From Hyphomonadaceae bacterium (GTDB taxonomy: Bacteria > Pseudomonadota > Alphaproteobacteria > Caulobacterales > Aquidulcibacteraceae), in the NCBI GenBank assembly GCA_050246435.1, contig JBFWWB010000001.1, positions 736 through 64,735 of the forward strand: a DNA stretch of 64,000 bases, given 5' to 3'. The first letter of the stretch is position 1. Each line of letters begins with the position of its first letter. The translations under genes and the position numbers were made by a program. This document shows positions 9,224-17,796 of this stretch, in pieces. The notes beneath the pieces were generated by a model. It saw only the letters and a program-made list of their open reading frames with translations. It did not search any database and was not told where the DNA came from.

Positions 9224-9885
9224 GCGGGGCGGCTGAAAAATCGCTGAGCCGCGGCGAGCGCACGCGCGCGGCCCTGCTCGATCTCGCCGAGATCGCCGTG
9301 CTCGAGAAAGGCTACGCCGCCACCTCCATCGAGGAATTGATCGCCGCCGCCGGCATCACCAAGAGCGGCTTCTTCTATCACTTTCGCGAGAAGGCCGATC
9401 TCGCAAAGGCGCTGCTCCGGCGCGACAATGCCGCCGTCGAAGCGGGCCTGCGCGAGATCTTCGCCGCCGCCGTCGCCGCGCATGACGATCCCCTCGAAGC
9501 GCTGCTGTTCGGCCTCAAGCTCTACGCGCAGATCGCCGCGAAATCGCCGGCGTCGCGTCCGGGCTGCCTCGCGGCGGCGTTTTCCTATCAGGACGCCTTG
9601 TTCGACGACGAAGCCCGCGCGTTGATCGCCGAAGGCCTCGCCTTCAAGCACCGCACGATCCGCGTCGCGCTGGAACGCGTGGCCGCCGCCCGCCCGCCGC
9701 GCGCGCCCGTCGATCTCGACGCCCTGGCCGACATGGCCCTCGCCGTCACCCAGGGCGGCATGATCCTCGATCGCGTCCGCCCGCCGGAGGAAAGCGTGCT
9801 GGACGCGCAGATGGCGCTATACCGCGCCTATGTGCGGCAGCTTTTCGCCGACCCGGAGAGCGAACGGCCGCTCCGGCGCCCCTGA
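9220..9885 (+). CDS. TetR/AcrR family transcriptional regulator (copy 2, paralog of the preceding gene)
   Basis: HTH RTRAALLDLAEIAVLEKGYAATSIEELIAAAGITKSGFFYHFREKADL. The GTG at 9220 overlaps the upstream TGA (GTGA). The shared C-terminal motif VDLDALADM occurs in both copies. Confidence 0.8.
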   Translation: MSGAAEKSLSRGERTRAALLDLAEIAVLEKGYAATSIEELIAAAGITKSGFFYHFREKADLAKALLRRDNAAVEAGLREIFAAAVAAHDDPLEALLFGLKLYAQIAAKSPASRPGCLAAAFSYQDALFDDEARALIAEGLAFKHRTIRVALERVAAARPPRAPVDLDALADMALAVTQGGMILDRVRPPEESVLDAQMALYRAYVRQLFADPESERPLRRP

Positions 9886-9924
9886 AGCCTCGCCCCGCGC
9901 GGCCGCGGGCGCTATATCTGGGCC

Positions 9925-11661
9925 ATGAGCGACGATTCCGGCGCAGACTCAGGCCCAAGCCTGTTCGGAGACGAGGCGTCTCCGGCGGGTTACGTCGTGC
10001 TGGCGCGGAAATACCGTCCGCGCACCTTCGAGGACATGATCGGCCAGGAAGCGATGGTGAAGACCATCGCCAATTCCTTCGCGTTGGGGCGCGTGCCCCA
10101 CGCCTACATGCTCACCGGCGTCCGCGGCGTCGGCAAGACGACGACGGCCCGCCTGCTCGCTCGCGCGCTCAACTACAAGCGCGGCGAGATCGACGCCCCC
10201 TCGATCGCGCTCGAGCCGCCGGGTGAACATTGCCTGGCGATCATGGAGAGCCGCCATCCCGACGTGTTCGAGATGGACGCGGCCTCCCGCACCGGCATCA
10301 ACGATATCCGCGAAATCCTCGAAAGCGTGCGTTACGCCCCTGTCTCGGCGCGCACTAAGGTCTACATCATCGACGAAGTGCACATGCTGTCGACGGCGGC
10401 GTTCAACGGCCTGCTCAAGACGCTCGAAGAACCCCCGCCGCATGTGAAATTCATCTTCGCCACCACCGAAATCCGCAAGGTGCCGGTGACCGTGCTGTCG
10501 CGTACGCAGCGCTTCGATCTGAAGCGCATCAGCCCGCAGGCGCTGGGCGAACATCTCGCCAATATCTGTGCGAAGGAGAAGGTGGCGATTGCGCCCGAGG
10601 GCCTGGCGCTGATTGCGCGCGCCGCGGAGGGCTCCGTGCGCGACGCGCTCTCCCTGTTGGATCAGGCGATCGTGCAGACCGGCGGCGGCAAGCCGGTCGA
10701 CGCCGCCGCCATCCGCGACATGCTGGGCCTGGCCGATCGCGCGCGCCTCATCGATCTGTTCGCCGCCATCGCGCGCGGGGACGCAAAGACCGCGCTCACT
10801 GAGATGCGCGATCAGTACGACCGCGGCGCCGATCCGGCCTTGATCCTGCGCGATCTGCTGGAGATCGGCCACGAGGCCGCGCGCGTGCAGGCGCTGGGGC
10901 AGGATGTCGGCGCGGCGGGCGCCGATTGGGCCGCGAAAATCCGCGCGCTCGCGGAAAGCCAGTCTCCGGCGCAGCTTTCGCGGCTTTGGGCGATGCTGCT
11001 CAAAGCGCTGGAGGATGTCGGCAAGGCGCCCGAGCCGATCGCAGCGGCTGAAATGGCCGCCGTGCGTCTCGCCGCCGCCGCCGGCCTGCCGCCCCCGGAA
11101 GACGCCGCCAAACTGCTCGCCGCTTCCGCCAGTTCCGCGCCTGCGGCGCCGCCGCCCGCGCGCCCCGCCGCGCCGCCGGAAAACGCCACCATCCAGACAG
11201 GGCCCGCCGGCCCGGGCCTGCAAAGTTTCGACGACGTGGCCTCCCTCATCGCCGAGATGCGCGACATCAATCTCGAGGTCGATGTCGACCGCTTCATGCG
11301 CGTCACCTCCTTCGCGCCGGGCCGCATCGTCTACGCGCCGATCGCGGGCGCGCCGCACGATCTGGCGCTGCGCCTTTCCCGTGCGCTGCACGAATGGACC
11401 GGCGAGACCTGGGAGGTCCGTCCCGATGGCGCGCCCGAAGAAGCCGCCGGCGTGGAAAGCCTCGCCGAGCGGCGCACGCGCGAGCGCGAAGCCGTGCTGG
11501 AGGAATTGCGCAAGCATCCTTTCGTGGCCGACGCCTTGAAGGCGTTCCCCAACGCGCAGATCGTCGAGGTGCGCGCCGCGACGCCGCCCGAAGGCGCCGA
11601 AATCATCGACATGGATTCGCGTACGCCGCCAGGGCCTGCGAAACGCAAGAAGGAAGGCTGA
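9925..11661 (+). CDS. dnaX: DNA polymerase III subunit gamma/tau
   Basis: AYMLTGVRGVGKTTTARLLARALN Walker A, IIDEVHMLS Walker B, and a Pro/Ala-rich linker. 578 aa. Confidence 0.95.
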   Translation: MSDDSGADSGPSLFGDEASPAGYVVLARKYRPRTFEDMIGQEAMVKTIANSFALGRVPHAYMLTGVRGVGKTTTARLLARALNYKRGEIDAPSIALEPPGEHCLAIMESRHPDVFEMDAASRTGINDIREILESVRYAPVSARTKVYIIDEVHMLSTAAFNGLLKTLEEPPPHVKFIFATTEIRKVPVTVLSRTQRFDLKRISPQALGEHLANICAKEKVAIAPEGLALIARAAEGSVRDALSLLDQAIVQTGGGKPVDAAAIRDMLGLADRARLIDLFAAIARGDAKTALTEMRDQYDRGADPALILRDLLEIGHEAARVQALGQDVGAAGADWAAKIRALAESQSPAQLSRLWAMLLKALEDVGKAPEPIAAAEMAAVRLAAAAGLPPPEDAAKLLAASASSAPAAPPPARPAAPPENATIQTGPAGPGLQSFDDVASLIAEMRDINLEVDVDRFMRVTSFAPGRIVYAPIAGAPHDLALRLSRALHEWTGETWEVRPDGAPEEAAGVESLAERRTREREAVLEELRKHPFVADALKAFPNAQIVEVRAATPPEGAEIIDMDSRTPPGPAKRKKEG

Positions 11662-11984
11662 TGAAGGATCTCTCCCAGATCATGCGCCAGGCGCAGGCGA
11701 TGCAGGCGAAAATCGCCCAGGCGCAGGCGAAGCTCGAAGCGATGGAGGTTGAAGGCCAGGCCGGCGGCGGGCTGGTGAAGGCGCGCCTTTCGGGCAAGAA
11801 CGCGCTTCTGGGGCTGACGATCGACGCCTCTCTGCTGAAGCCGGAAGAGGCCGAGATCGTGGAGGATCTCATCAAGGCCGCGCATGAGGATGCGCGCCGC
11901 AAGCTCGAAGAAGCCCAGAATGAAGAGTTCAAATCGATCGGCGCGGGCGCCGGCATCCTGCCGGGCTTCAAACTGCCGTTTTGA
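11661..11984 (+). CDS. ybaB: YbaB/EbfC family nucleoid-associated protein
   Basis: MKDLSQIMRQAQAMQAKIAQAQAKLE..VEGQAGGGLVKARLSG is the typical YbaB N-terminus. The ATG overlaps the dnaX TGA. Confidence 0.9.
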   Translation: MKDLSQIMRQAQAMQAKIAQAQAKLEAMEVEGQAGGGLVKARLSGKNALLGLTIDASLLKPEEAEIVEDLIKAAHEDARRKLEEAQNEEFKSIGAGAGILPGFKLPF

Positions 11985-12397
11985 CGGACGCGGGCGGCCT
12001 GCTTTTCGTCTACGGCTCGCTGCGCCCCGGCGCGCCGCCCCATCCGCTGGCCGAACGCTTCTGGGCCGAGGCGGCGCATCTCGGCCGTGCGCGCACGGTC
12101 GGCGCGCTGCATTGGATCACGGACTCCGAAGGCGCGGCCTATCCCGGCCTTGTCGAATCGGGCGACGCCGCCGACATCGTGATCGGCGATCTCTTTCGCC
12201 TGCCGGAAGCGCCGGCGCTGTTGGCGCTGCTCGATGCCTATGAGGATGAAGGCGTGGATTACCTCCGCCGCACCGCCGCCGTGACTCTGGAGGATGGCCG
12301 CACGCTGATGGCGTGGGTCTATGTCCGCCATGCCGCGGCGAAGCGCGGCGCGCGCATCGCCGGCGGCGATTTCCTGAAAGCGCAGGCGCAAGGATGA
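11981..12397 (+). CDS. gamma-glutamylcyclotransferase (AIG2/GGCT-like) family protein
   Basis: [10 protein letters not shown] is the GGCT YGSL motif. 138 aa. The TTG start overlaps the ybaB stop, and its own stop overlaps the recR ATG. Confidence 0.65.
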   Translation: MTDAGGLLFVYGSLRPGAPPHPLAERFWAEAAHLGRARTVGALHWITDSEGAAYPGLVESGDAADIVIGDLFRLPEAPALLALLDAYEDEGVDYLRRTAAVTLEDGRTLMAWVYVRHAAAKRGARIAGGDFLKAQAQG

Positions 12398-13011
12398 GGC
12401 GCGGCCGCGCCTCCCCGCTCGCTGCGCCCGAGATCGAGCGCCTGGTGGAGCTGCTGGCGAAGTTGCCTGGCCTCGGCCCCCGCTCGGCGCGCCGCGCGGC
12501 GCTGCATCTTCTGAAGAAGAAGGACGCGCTGATGGCGCCCTTGAGCGATGCGCTCGCCGAGGCGGCCGACAAAATCCATGCCTGCAGCGAATGCGGCGCC
12601 CTGGACGCGAGCGATCCCTGCATGCTCTGCGCCTCCGCCGAGCGCGACGAAGGCCTGTTGTGCGTCGTATCCGAGGTGGGCGACGTGTGGGCGCTGGAGC
12701 GCGCCGGCGCCTATCGCGGGCGCTATCATGTGCTGGGCGGCGTGCTCTCCGCGCTGGACGGCGTGCGCCCGGAGGATTTGCGCATCGCCAAGCTGATCGA
12801 GCGCGCCCGCCAACCCGCTGTGCGCGAGGTGATCCTCGCGCTATCGGCCACCGTCGATGGGCAGACCACGGCGCATTATCTCACGGAGCGCTTGGCCGGC
12901 GGCGGCGCGGCGGTGACGCGCCTTTCCCACGGTGTGCCGGTTGGCGGCGAATTGGAATTGCTGGACGACGGCACGCTGCTTGCGGCGCTCGCGAGCCGCC
13001 GTCCGTTCTAG
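12394..13011 (+). CDS. recR: recombination protein RecR
   Basis: Hh[21 protein letters not shown], zinc finger [16 protein letters not shown], and a Toprim region [12 protein letters not shown]. Confidence 0.95.
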   Translation: MRRGRASPLAAPEIERLVELLAKLPGLGPRSARRAALHLLKKKDALMAPLSDALAEAADKIHACSECGALDASDPCMLCASAERDEGLLCVVSEVGDVWALERAGAYRGRYHVLGGVLSALDGVRPEDLRIAKLIERARQPAVREVILALSATVDGQTTAHYLTERLAGGGAAVTRLSHGVPVGGELELLDDGTLLAALASRRPF

Positions 13012-13027
13012 CCGCGCGGCGGGGCGC

Positions 13028-13459
13028 TCAGCTGCCGTCCGGGCGCAGCACGATGGAGCGGCCATCGGCCAACGCGATCACCAGCCCGCCGCGCTCATCC
13101 ATCGCATAGGTTTGCGCCTTGCCGAGGGCGGCGAGGAATTTCGTTTCCTGATCCATCAGCGGTTGCGCGCACGCCATCTTCGTGGCCCCCAACGCGGAGA
13201 AGGTGAGCGCCTCGTTCGCTTCCGCATAGCCGCCGAAATAGCGGTTGCAGCCGGTGCTTCCCGCCACCTTGCCCGGCTCGCCGAACACGACGGTGACGCG
13301 CGAATTCTCCACTACCGGATCGCCGGCGATGCTCTGCGCCACCCATTGCGTCTTCGAGAGCTTCGTGGTGGCCGCCGCGGGCTCGCTCTTCGTCGCGCAC
13401 GCCGCCATCACAAACGCGCTCGCCGCCAAGGCAGCGCCAAGGCCCAGAAAATTCCGCAT
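13028..13459 (-). CDS. META domain (HslJ-like) lipoprotein
   Basis: Signal peptide with lipobox (SAFVMAAC). GCNRYFGGY and MACAQPLMDQETKFLAAL are META domain hallmarks. The ATG at 13459 is preceded by GGAGG. Confidence 0.75.
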   Translation of the reverse strand: MRNFLGLGAALAASAFVMAACATKSEPAAATTKLSKTQWVAQSIAGDPVVENSRVTVVFGEPGKVAGSTGCNRYFGGYAEANEALTFSALGATKMACAQPLMDQETKFLAALGKAQTYAMDERGGLVIALADGRSIVLRPDGS

Positions 13460-13563
13460 GAGAAGCAACCTCCATCCCGCCGTCGCGCAGGCTTATGCCC
13501 CGCAAGCATGGCGAAAACCAGCCCGCGGGGCAGCGCCCTTATGGCGGCGGCTGTCGCGTACGG

Positions 13564-15252
13564 CTAATTCGCGCCGCCCTCCAGCAGCCGCTGCGCGATC
13601 ACTTTCGCCTGGATTTCGCCGGCGCCTTCGAAAATGTTGAGGATGCGCGCATCCGCCAGCACCCGGCTGATCGGATATTCCATCGCGAAGCCGTTGCCGC
13701 CATGGATTTGCAGCGCGTTGTCAGCCGCGGCCCACGCCACGCGCGCGGCCAGCAGTTTCGCCATCCCCGCTTCGAGATCGCAGCGCTTGCCGGAATCCTT
13801 CTGGCGCGCGGCGAAATAGGTGATCTGGCGCGCCGCCGCCAGCTCCGCCGCCATCATCACCAGTTTGTTCGCCACGCGCGGAAAGCCGAAAATCTCGCGG
13901 CCGAATTGCTTGCGTTCGACCGCGTATTTGAGGCCCAGTTCCAGCGCGCACTGGCCGACGCCCACGGCGCGCGCCGCCGTCTGGATGCGCGCGCTTTCGA
14001 ATGTCGCCATCAACTGGCGAAATCCCTGGCCCTCCACGCCGCCCAGCAGATTGCCGGCGGGCACGGTGAAGCCGTCGAAGCCGATCTCGTATTCCTTCAT
14101 GCCGCGATAGCCGATCACCGCGATCTCGCCGCCGCTCATGCCCGCGGCGGGAAACGGCGCCGCGTCATCGCCGCGCGGCTTCTCCGCCAGCAGCATGGAA
14201 AGCCCACGGTGATCTTTCGAGGCGGGATCGGTGCGCACCAGCAAGGTCATCACGTCGGCGCGCGCGGCGTGCGTGATCCACGTCTTGTTCCCGGTCACCG
14301 TGTAGACGTCGCCCTCGCGCTGCGCGCGCGTGCGCAAAGAAGCGAGGTCCGATCCGGTGTTCGGCTCGGTGAACACCGCCGTCGGCAGGATTTCGCCGGA
14401 GGCGATCTTCGGCAGATAATGCGCGCGCTGCTCCGGCGTGCCGCCGATGGTGATCAGCTCGGCGGCGATCTCCGAACGCGTGCCGAGGCTGCCCACGCCG
14501 ATATAGCCGCGCGACAGCTCCTCCGAGACGACGACCATCGCCGTCTTGCCCATGCCGGCGCCGCCATATTCCTCCGGAATGGTGAGGCCGAACACGCCGA
14601 GCTCCGCCATATGGCCCACGACGTCGAGCGGGATGAATTCGTCCTTCAGGTGCCAATCATGCGCGAACGGGATCACCTCCGCGTCGGCGAATTTACGGAA
14701 CTGGTCGCGCACCATCTCCAGATCTTCGTCGAGGCCCGCATCCTCGAGCGTCGCCTTGCCTTGCGCTGCGTGCAGCAGCGCCGCGAGCCGGCCCTTCGCC
14801 GCGACCGTTCCGCCAGCCGCGATCAGCGCCCGAACGGCGGCGTTTTCCGTCAGCCAGTTTGGCGCGAGCCCGAAATCGGCGGGCCGCGCGGTTTCGCCCT
14901 GGTTCATCGCCACGCCGCCGATCAGCTGCGCGCAATATTCGCCGAACAGGAATTGCGTCAGCAGCCGCTCCGTTTCTCCGGCGCGGCCCGCCGCTTCCAG
15001 CGCGGCGAGCCAGGCCTGCATCTGGCGCAAGGTTTCGCCGTAGGTGGCGATCCAGGCGAGCCCGTGCGCGGCGTGCTGCTCGACATCGATCAGGATGCGG
15101 TCGGCCTTGCCCGCGGGCGCCACGCGCGCCGCCACTGCGCCTCGCACGGCGGCGACGTACGCATCCGCCGCAGCGCACGCCGCAGCCAGCTTGCCCGCGA
15201 GATCGGGCGCGATCAGATCGGCTTCCGCTGAGGTTTCGGCGGCGAGGCTCAT
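13564..15252 (-). CDS. mcd: acyl-CoA dehydrogenase with N-terminal extension, (2S)-methylsuccinyl-CoA dehydrogenase-like
   Basis: The C-terminal roughly 380 aa is a classic ACAD (TEPNTGSDLASL, IHGGNGFAMEYPISR), preceded by a roughly 170 aa extension as in Mcd. It is linked to ccr and ecm. The 946 aa track ORF was trimmed to the ATG at 15252 (alternative 15264). Confidence 0.75.
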   Translation of the reverse strand: MSLAAETSAEADLIAPDLAGKLAAACAAADAYVAAVRGAVAARVAPAGKADRILIDVEQHAAHGLAWIATYGETLRQMQAWLAALEAAGRAGETERLLTQFLFGEYCAQLIGGVAMNQGETARPADFGLAPNWLTENAAVRALIAAGGTVAAKGRLAALLHAAQGKATLEDAGLDEDLEMVRDQFRKFADAEVIPFAHDWHLKDEFIPLDVVGHMAELGVFGLTIPEEYGGAGMGKTAMVVVSEELSRGYIGVGSLGTRSEIAAELITIGGTPEQRAHYLPKIASGEILPTAVFTEPNTGSDLASLRTRAQREGDVYTVTGNKTWITHAARADVMTLLVRTDPASKDHRGLSMLLAEKPRGDDAAPFPAAGMSGGEIAVIGYRGMKEYEIGFDGFTVPAGNLLGGVEGQGFRQLMATFESARIQTAARAVGVGQCALELGLKYAVERKQFGREIFGFPRVANKLVMMAAELAAARQITYFAARQKDSGKRCDLEAGMAKLLAARVAWAAADNALQIHGGNGFAMEYPISRVLADARILNIFEGAGEIQAKVIAQRLLEGGAN

Positions 15253-15374
15253 GGCGCGTCCCATCCGTGTTGCGGCGTGAAATCTACGCCCGCGCCCGCG
15301 AGGGGCCAATTCCTGCGCCGCGCAGCGATGTGGATTGCGGCCCTCTGCCTTGTCCGTAACCGCCGCCGGCGCAC

Positions 15375-16427
15375 TCAGCTGCGCCAGCGCAGCACCGCGG
15401 GCTCGATGGGGTTCACGAAGGCGCGCCCCTCCTTCCGCGAGGCCAGCCATTCGCGCTTCAGCCGCTGATACCATTTCGCTTGCGCGTCCGCGTCGTCGAT
15501 CCAGATGAGGGCCGGATCGAAATCGAGGCCCTGCTTCTGCAGGTTCACCATCGCGCCGTCCTGGCGCAGGAACGCGCGCGCCGCCGCCGCCACCGCCGGC
15601 TTCAGCAGGCTCAGCAGCAGATGGTTCCAGTAGAACAGCTGTGTGATCTCGGTGCGCTTCTCGTCGAGCGGGGTGAGGCACGTCAGCGCCAGCACGCGGG
15701 TGGCGCCGGCGCGAATATCCTCCCAGCGCTGGCCCGGGAGGCGGAAAGTGATCTCGGTTTCCGGGGCGCCGCCGAGGATCGCATACGCATAGGAATTGCC
15801 CGACGGCTTGTGCCGCACCATCGAGAAGCCCAGCTCGCGCGGCTCGAACCGCTTTTCCTTCGCGCGCAGATCGTGGCGCGCGCGCCACCACCATTGCGCA
15901 TGCACATAGGGCCCGTGCGCGGGATCCATGAGACCCACCACCGCGTGATCGATGTGCGCATCGAACACCATGCGGTCGACCAGCTTCGGTTTGCCGCCAG
16001 CGGCGAGTGCTGCGAAATCCGGCGGCGGGGGAATTTCCGCCGGCGGCCGGCGCGGATCGGCCGCCATGAACACCCAGACGAGGCCCGCCTGCTCCGCCGC
16101 GGGATAGCGCGCCACGCGGATGCGCGCAGGGTCGGCGTGCTGACCGTCGACCAGCGAGGGGATCGCGGCGCAGGCGCCGTCCGTGCGGAAGCGCCAGCCG
16201 TGATAGGGACACTCCACCGTCGCCGCCGCGCCCTCTTCCACGATGCGCCCGGCGGAAAGCGGCGCGGCCCTGTGCGGGCAGATATCGCGCAGCGCGAAAA
16301 GTTCGCCCGCCTTCGTCCGCCCCAGCAGCACCGGCTCGCCCAGCAGCATCTTGCGCTGCAAAGTTCCGGGCTTCACCGTGCGCGCGGGCGCCGCGAAATA
16401 CCAAAGATCGCGCAGGAATTCGCTCAT
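15375..16427 (-). CDS. Rieske (2Fe-2S) oxygenase, VanA/PaO-like single-component alpha subunit
   Basis: Rieske motif [11 protein letters not shown]-x14-CPYHGWRF near the N-terminus. About 350 aa. Start taken at [11 protein letters not shown] (16427) rather than the 518 aa track ORF. Confidence 0.8.
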   Translation of the reverse strand: MSEFLRDLWYFAAPARTVKPGTLQRKMLLGEPVLLGRTKAGELFALRDICPHRAAPLSAGRIVEEGAAATVECPYHGWRFRTDGACAAIPSLVDGQHADPARIRVARYPAAEQAGLVWVFMAADPRRPPAEIPPPPDFAALAAGGKPKLVDRMVFDAHIDHAVVGLMDPAHGPYVHAQWWWRARHDLRAKEKRFEPRELGFSMVRHKPSGNSYAYAILGGAPETEITFRLPGQRWEDIRAGATRVLALTCLTPLDEKRTEITQLFYWNHLLLSLLKPAVAAAARAFLRQDGAMVNLQKQGLDFDPALIWIDDADAQAKWYQRLKREWLASRKEGRAFVNPIEPAVLRWRS

Positions 16428-16449
16428 TGGCGGGCGGCGTCCGGGTTGC

Positions 16450-16677
16450 TCAGCGGCCAGCGTGATACAGGATCGCGCCGATGCACACAAAACCGAGCGC
16501 CGCCACGGCGAACGCTCCGGCCAAGGCGGCCCCTGCCGCGATCGCAAGGCCCAGCCGCGCGCGCTTGCGCGTGCCCGCGGCCAGTGCGCGCCGCGCCAGC
16601 CGCGCCGCACCGACCATCGCCATGCAAGTGAGCAGCAGCGCGACGACGAAAACGCCGATTGCGCCCAGCGCGGCCAT
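16450..16677 (-). CDS. small hydrophobic membrane protein (two predicted helices)
   Basis: 75 aa, almost entirely Ala/Leu/Gly/Val with a basic central loop. The ATG is preceded by a strong GGAGGAGGG Shine-Dalgarno. It sits between two co-directional genes with gaps of 22-25 nt. Confidence 0.45.
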   Translation of the reverse strand: MAALGAIGVFVVALLLTCMAMVGAARLARRALAAGTRKRARLGLAIAAGAALAGAFAVAALGFVCIGAILYHAGR

Positions 16678-16702
16678 ACCCTCCTCCCGCGCCTTTCAGC
16701 GC

Positions 16703-17191
16703 CTAGCGCGCCTCGATCGTGACGGAGAACGTGTCCACGGGGGGCTGGTTCGTCTCCCACGGGCGGCCTTGTGCGAAGCGCAGTACGCCGCGCCCCGCCT
16801 TCACGGCGCGGAACGCGGTCACTTCCCAATGATTGCCGCCGGCGAAGCCCGGCTGCAGCTGCGCAGCACTCGTCGGGCCGCCGCTTTCGCCCACCTTGAC
16901 GAGAAAATCCGGCGTCTCCGTCGCGGTCCAAAGGTAGCCCGCCGTCGGCACGCCGACGAGCGCCACCGAAAACGTCGCGCCGACCGGCGCCGCGATCGTC
17001 TTGCCCGCATCCGCCGCAGTGACGCGGATCGTCGCGCCTTCGATCGCTGGCGGCTGTAAGCGTTCCATCGCTGCGCCCTCCCCGGCCGCGGGCTCCACGG
17101 ATGGCGCGGCGTCAGGGCGGGGCGCCGGCGTTCCTGCGCTGGCGCACGCGGCCAGAGCGGCCAGAGCGGCGACCGCTGATGCAAGCTTCAT
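16703..17191 (-). CDS. chagasin/ICP family cysteine peptidase inhibitor (MEROPS I42), lipoprotein
   Basis: Lipobox LAALAAC. All three family loops are visible: VPTAGYLW (NPTTGY-W equivalent), [13 protein letters not shown] (GxGG) and GRPWE (RPW). Confidence 0.8.
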   Translation of the reverse strand: MKLASAVAALAALAACASAGTPAPRPDAAPSVEPAAGEGAAMERLQPPAIEGATIRVTAADAGKTIAAPVGATFSVALVGVPTAGYLWTATETPDFLVKVGESGGPTSAAQLQPGFAGGNHWEVTAFRAVKAGRGVLRFAQGRPWETNQPPVDTFSVTIEAR

Positions 17192-17193
17192 AG

Positions 17194-17793
17194 CTAGCCC
17201 TCCGCCTCCAGGCGCACGATCCGATTGTCGACGAATCCATTCTCGGCGGCGAGTTGGTCAAGATAAGGGCCCAAGCGCAAAGCGCGGCGTTCGAACCCGT
17301 CGGGCCGCATCAGGCGCTCGACCCGCTTCGCCGGCGTGTTCGGCTCGGCGACATACCAAATGCGAACGCGCAAACCCTCGCGCATCGGGCCGCCGCGCGT
17401 CGCCACTTTGTTGAATGCGGCGGTCAGAACGTTCGAGCGGTAGCGGAACCGGATTCCTCCGACCTGGAACTTTTCTTCGGTCCCCTTGCCGCTGCGCCCG
17501 GATTCGAAATCCTCGATGGCGCCTTCGACCTGTTGCGCCTGCCCTGCGCGCCAGGCGCGCAACAAGCGCGCATATTCGCCGGAAATCGCCCACCAGCCCA
17601 CGCCGGACCAGAGCAGCGCGAACGCCGCGACGATCGCGAACGTCCACCAGGGCGAAAGCGCGCCGGGTTCACGCTCGCCGAATAGCCCTGCAAGTAAGCC
17701 GATCAGCAGGAACGGCGCGCTCGCGAAAACGAACCAGAGATTCTTCCAGCGCTCTTTTTCGATATCGTAGAGAAGCCTGAACGCTTCCGCCAC
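17194..17793 (-). CDS. hypothetical membrane protein
   Basis: Two N-terminal helices (LWFVFASAPFLLIGLLAGLF, WWTFAIVAAFALLWSGVGWWAI) followed by a soluble domain. The GTG start lies 3 nt after the ccr stop, and the stop is 2 nt before the ICP start. Confidence 0.55.
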   Translation of the reverse strand: MAEAFRLLYDIEKERWKNLWFVFASAPFLLIGLLAGLFGEREPGALSPWWTFAIVAAFALLWSGVGWWAISGEYARLLRAWRAGQAQQVEGAIEDFESGRSGKGTEEKFQVGGIRFRYRSNVLTAAFNKVATRGGPMREGLRVRIWYVAEPNTPAKRVERLMRPDGFERRALRLGPYLDQLAAENGFVDNRIVRLEAEG

Positions 17794-17796
17794 GGC

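Noticed and set aside
9925-11661. Programmed -1 frameshift site in dnaX (A AAA AAG type)
   Set aside because: No A-rich heptanucleotide slippery sequence is visible in the gene.
13564-16404. 946 aa ORF suggesting a giant fused acyl-CoA dehydrogenase
   Set aside because: The N-terminal roughly 380 aa are Arg/Gly/Pro-rich nonsense that overlaps the well-supported Rieske gene (15375-16427) in another frame. The true ACAD starts at MSLAAE (15252).
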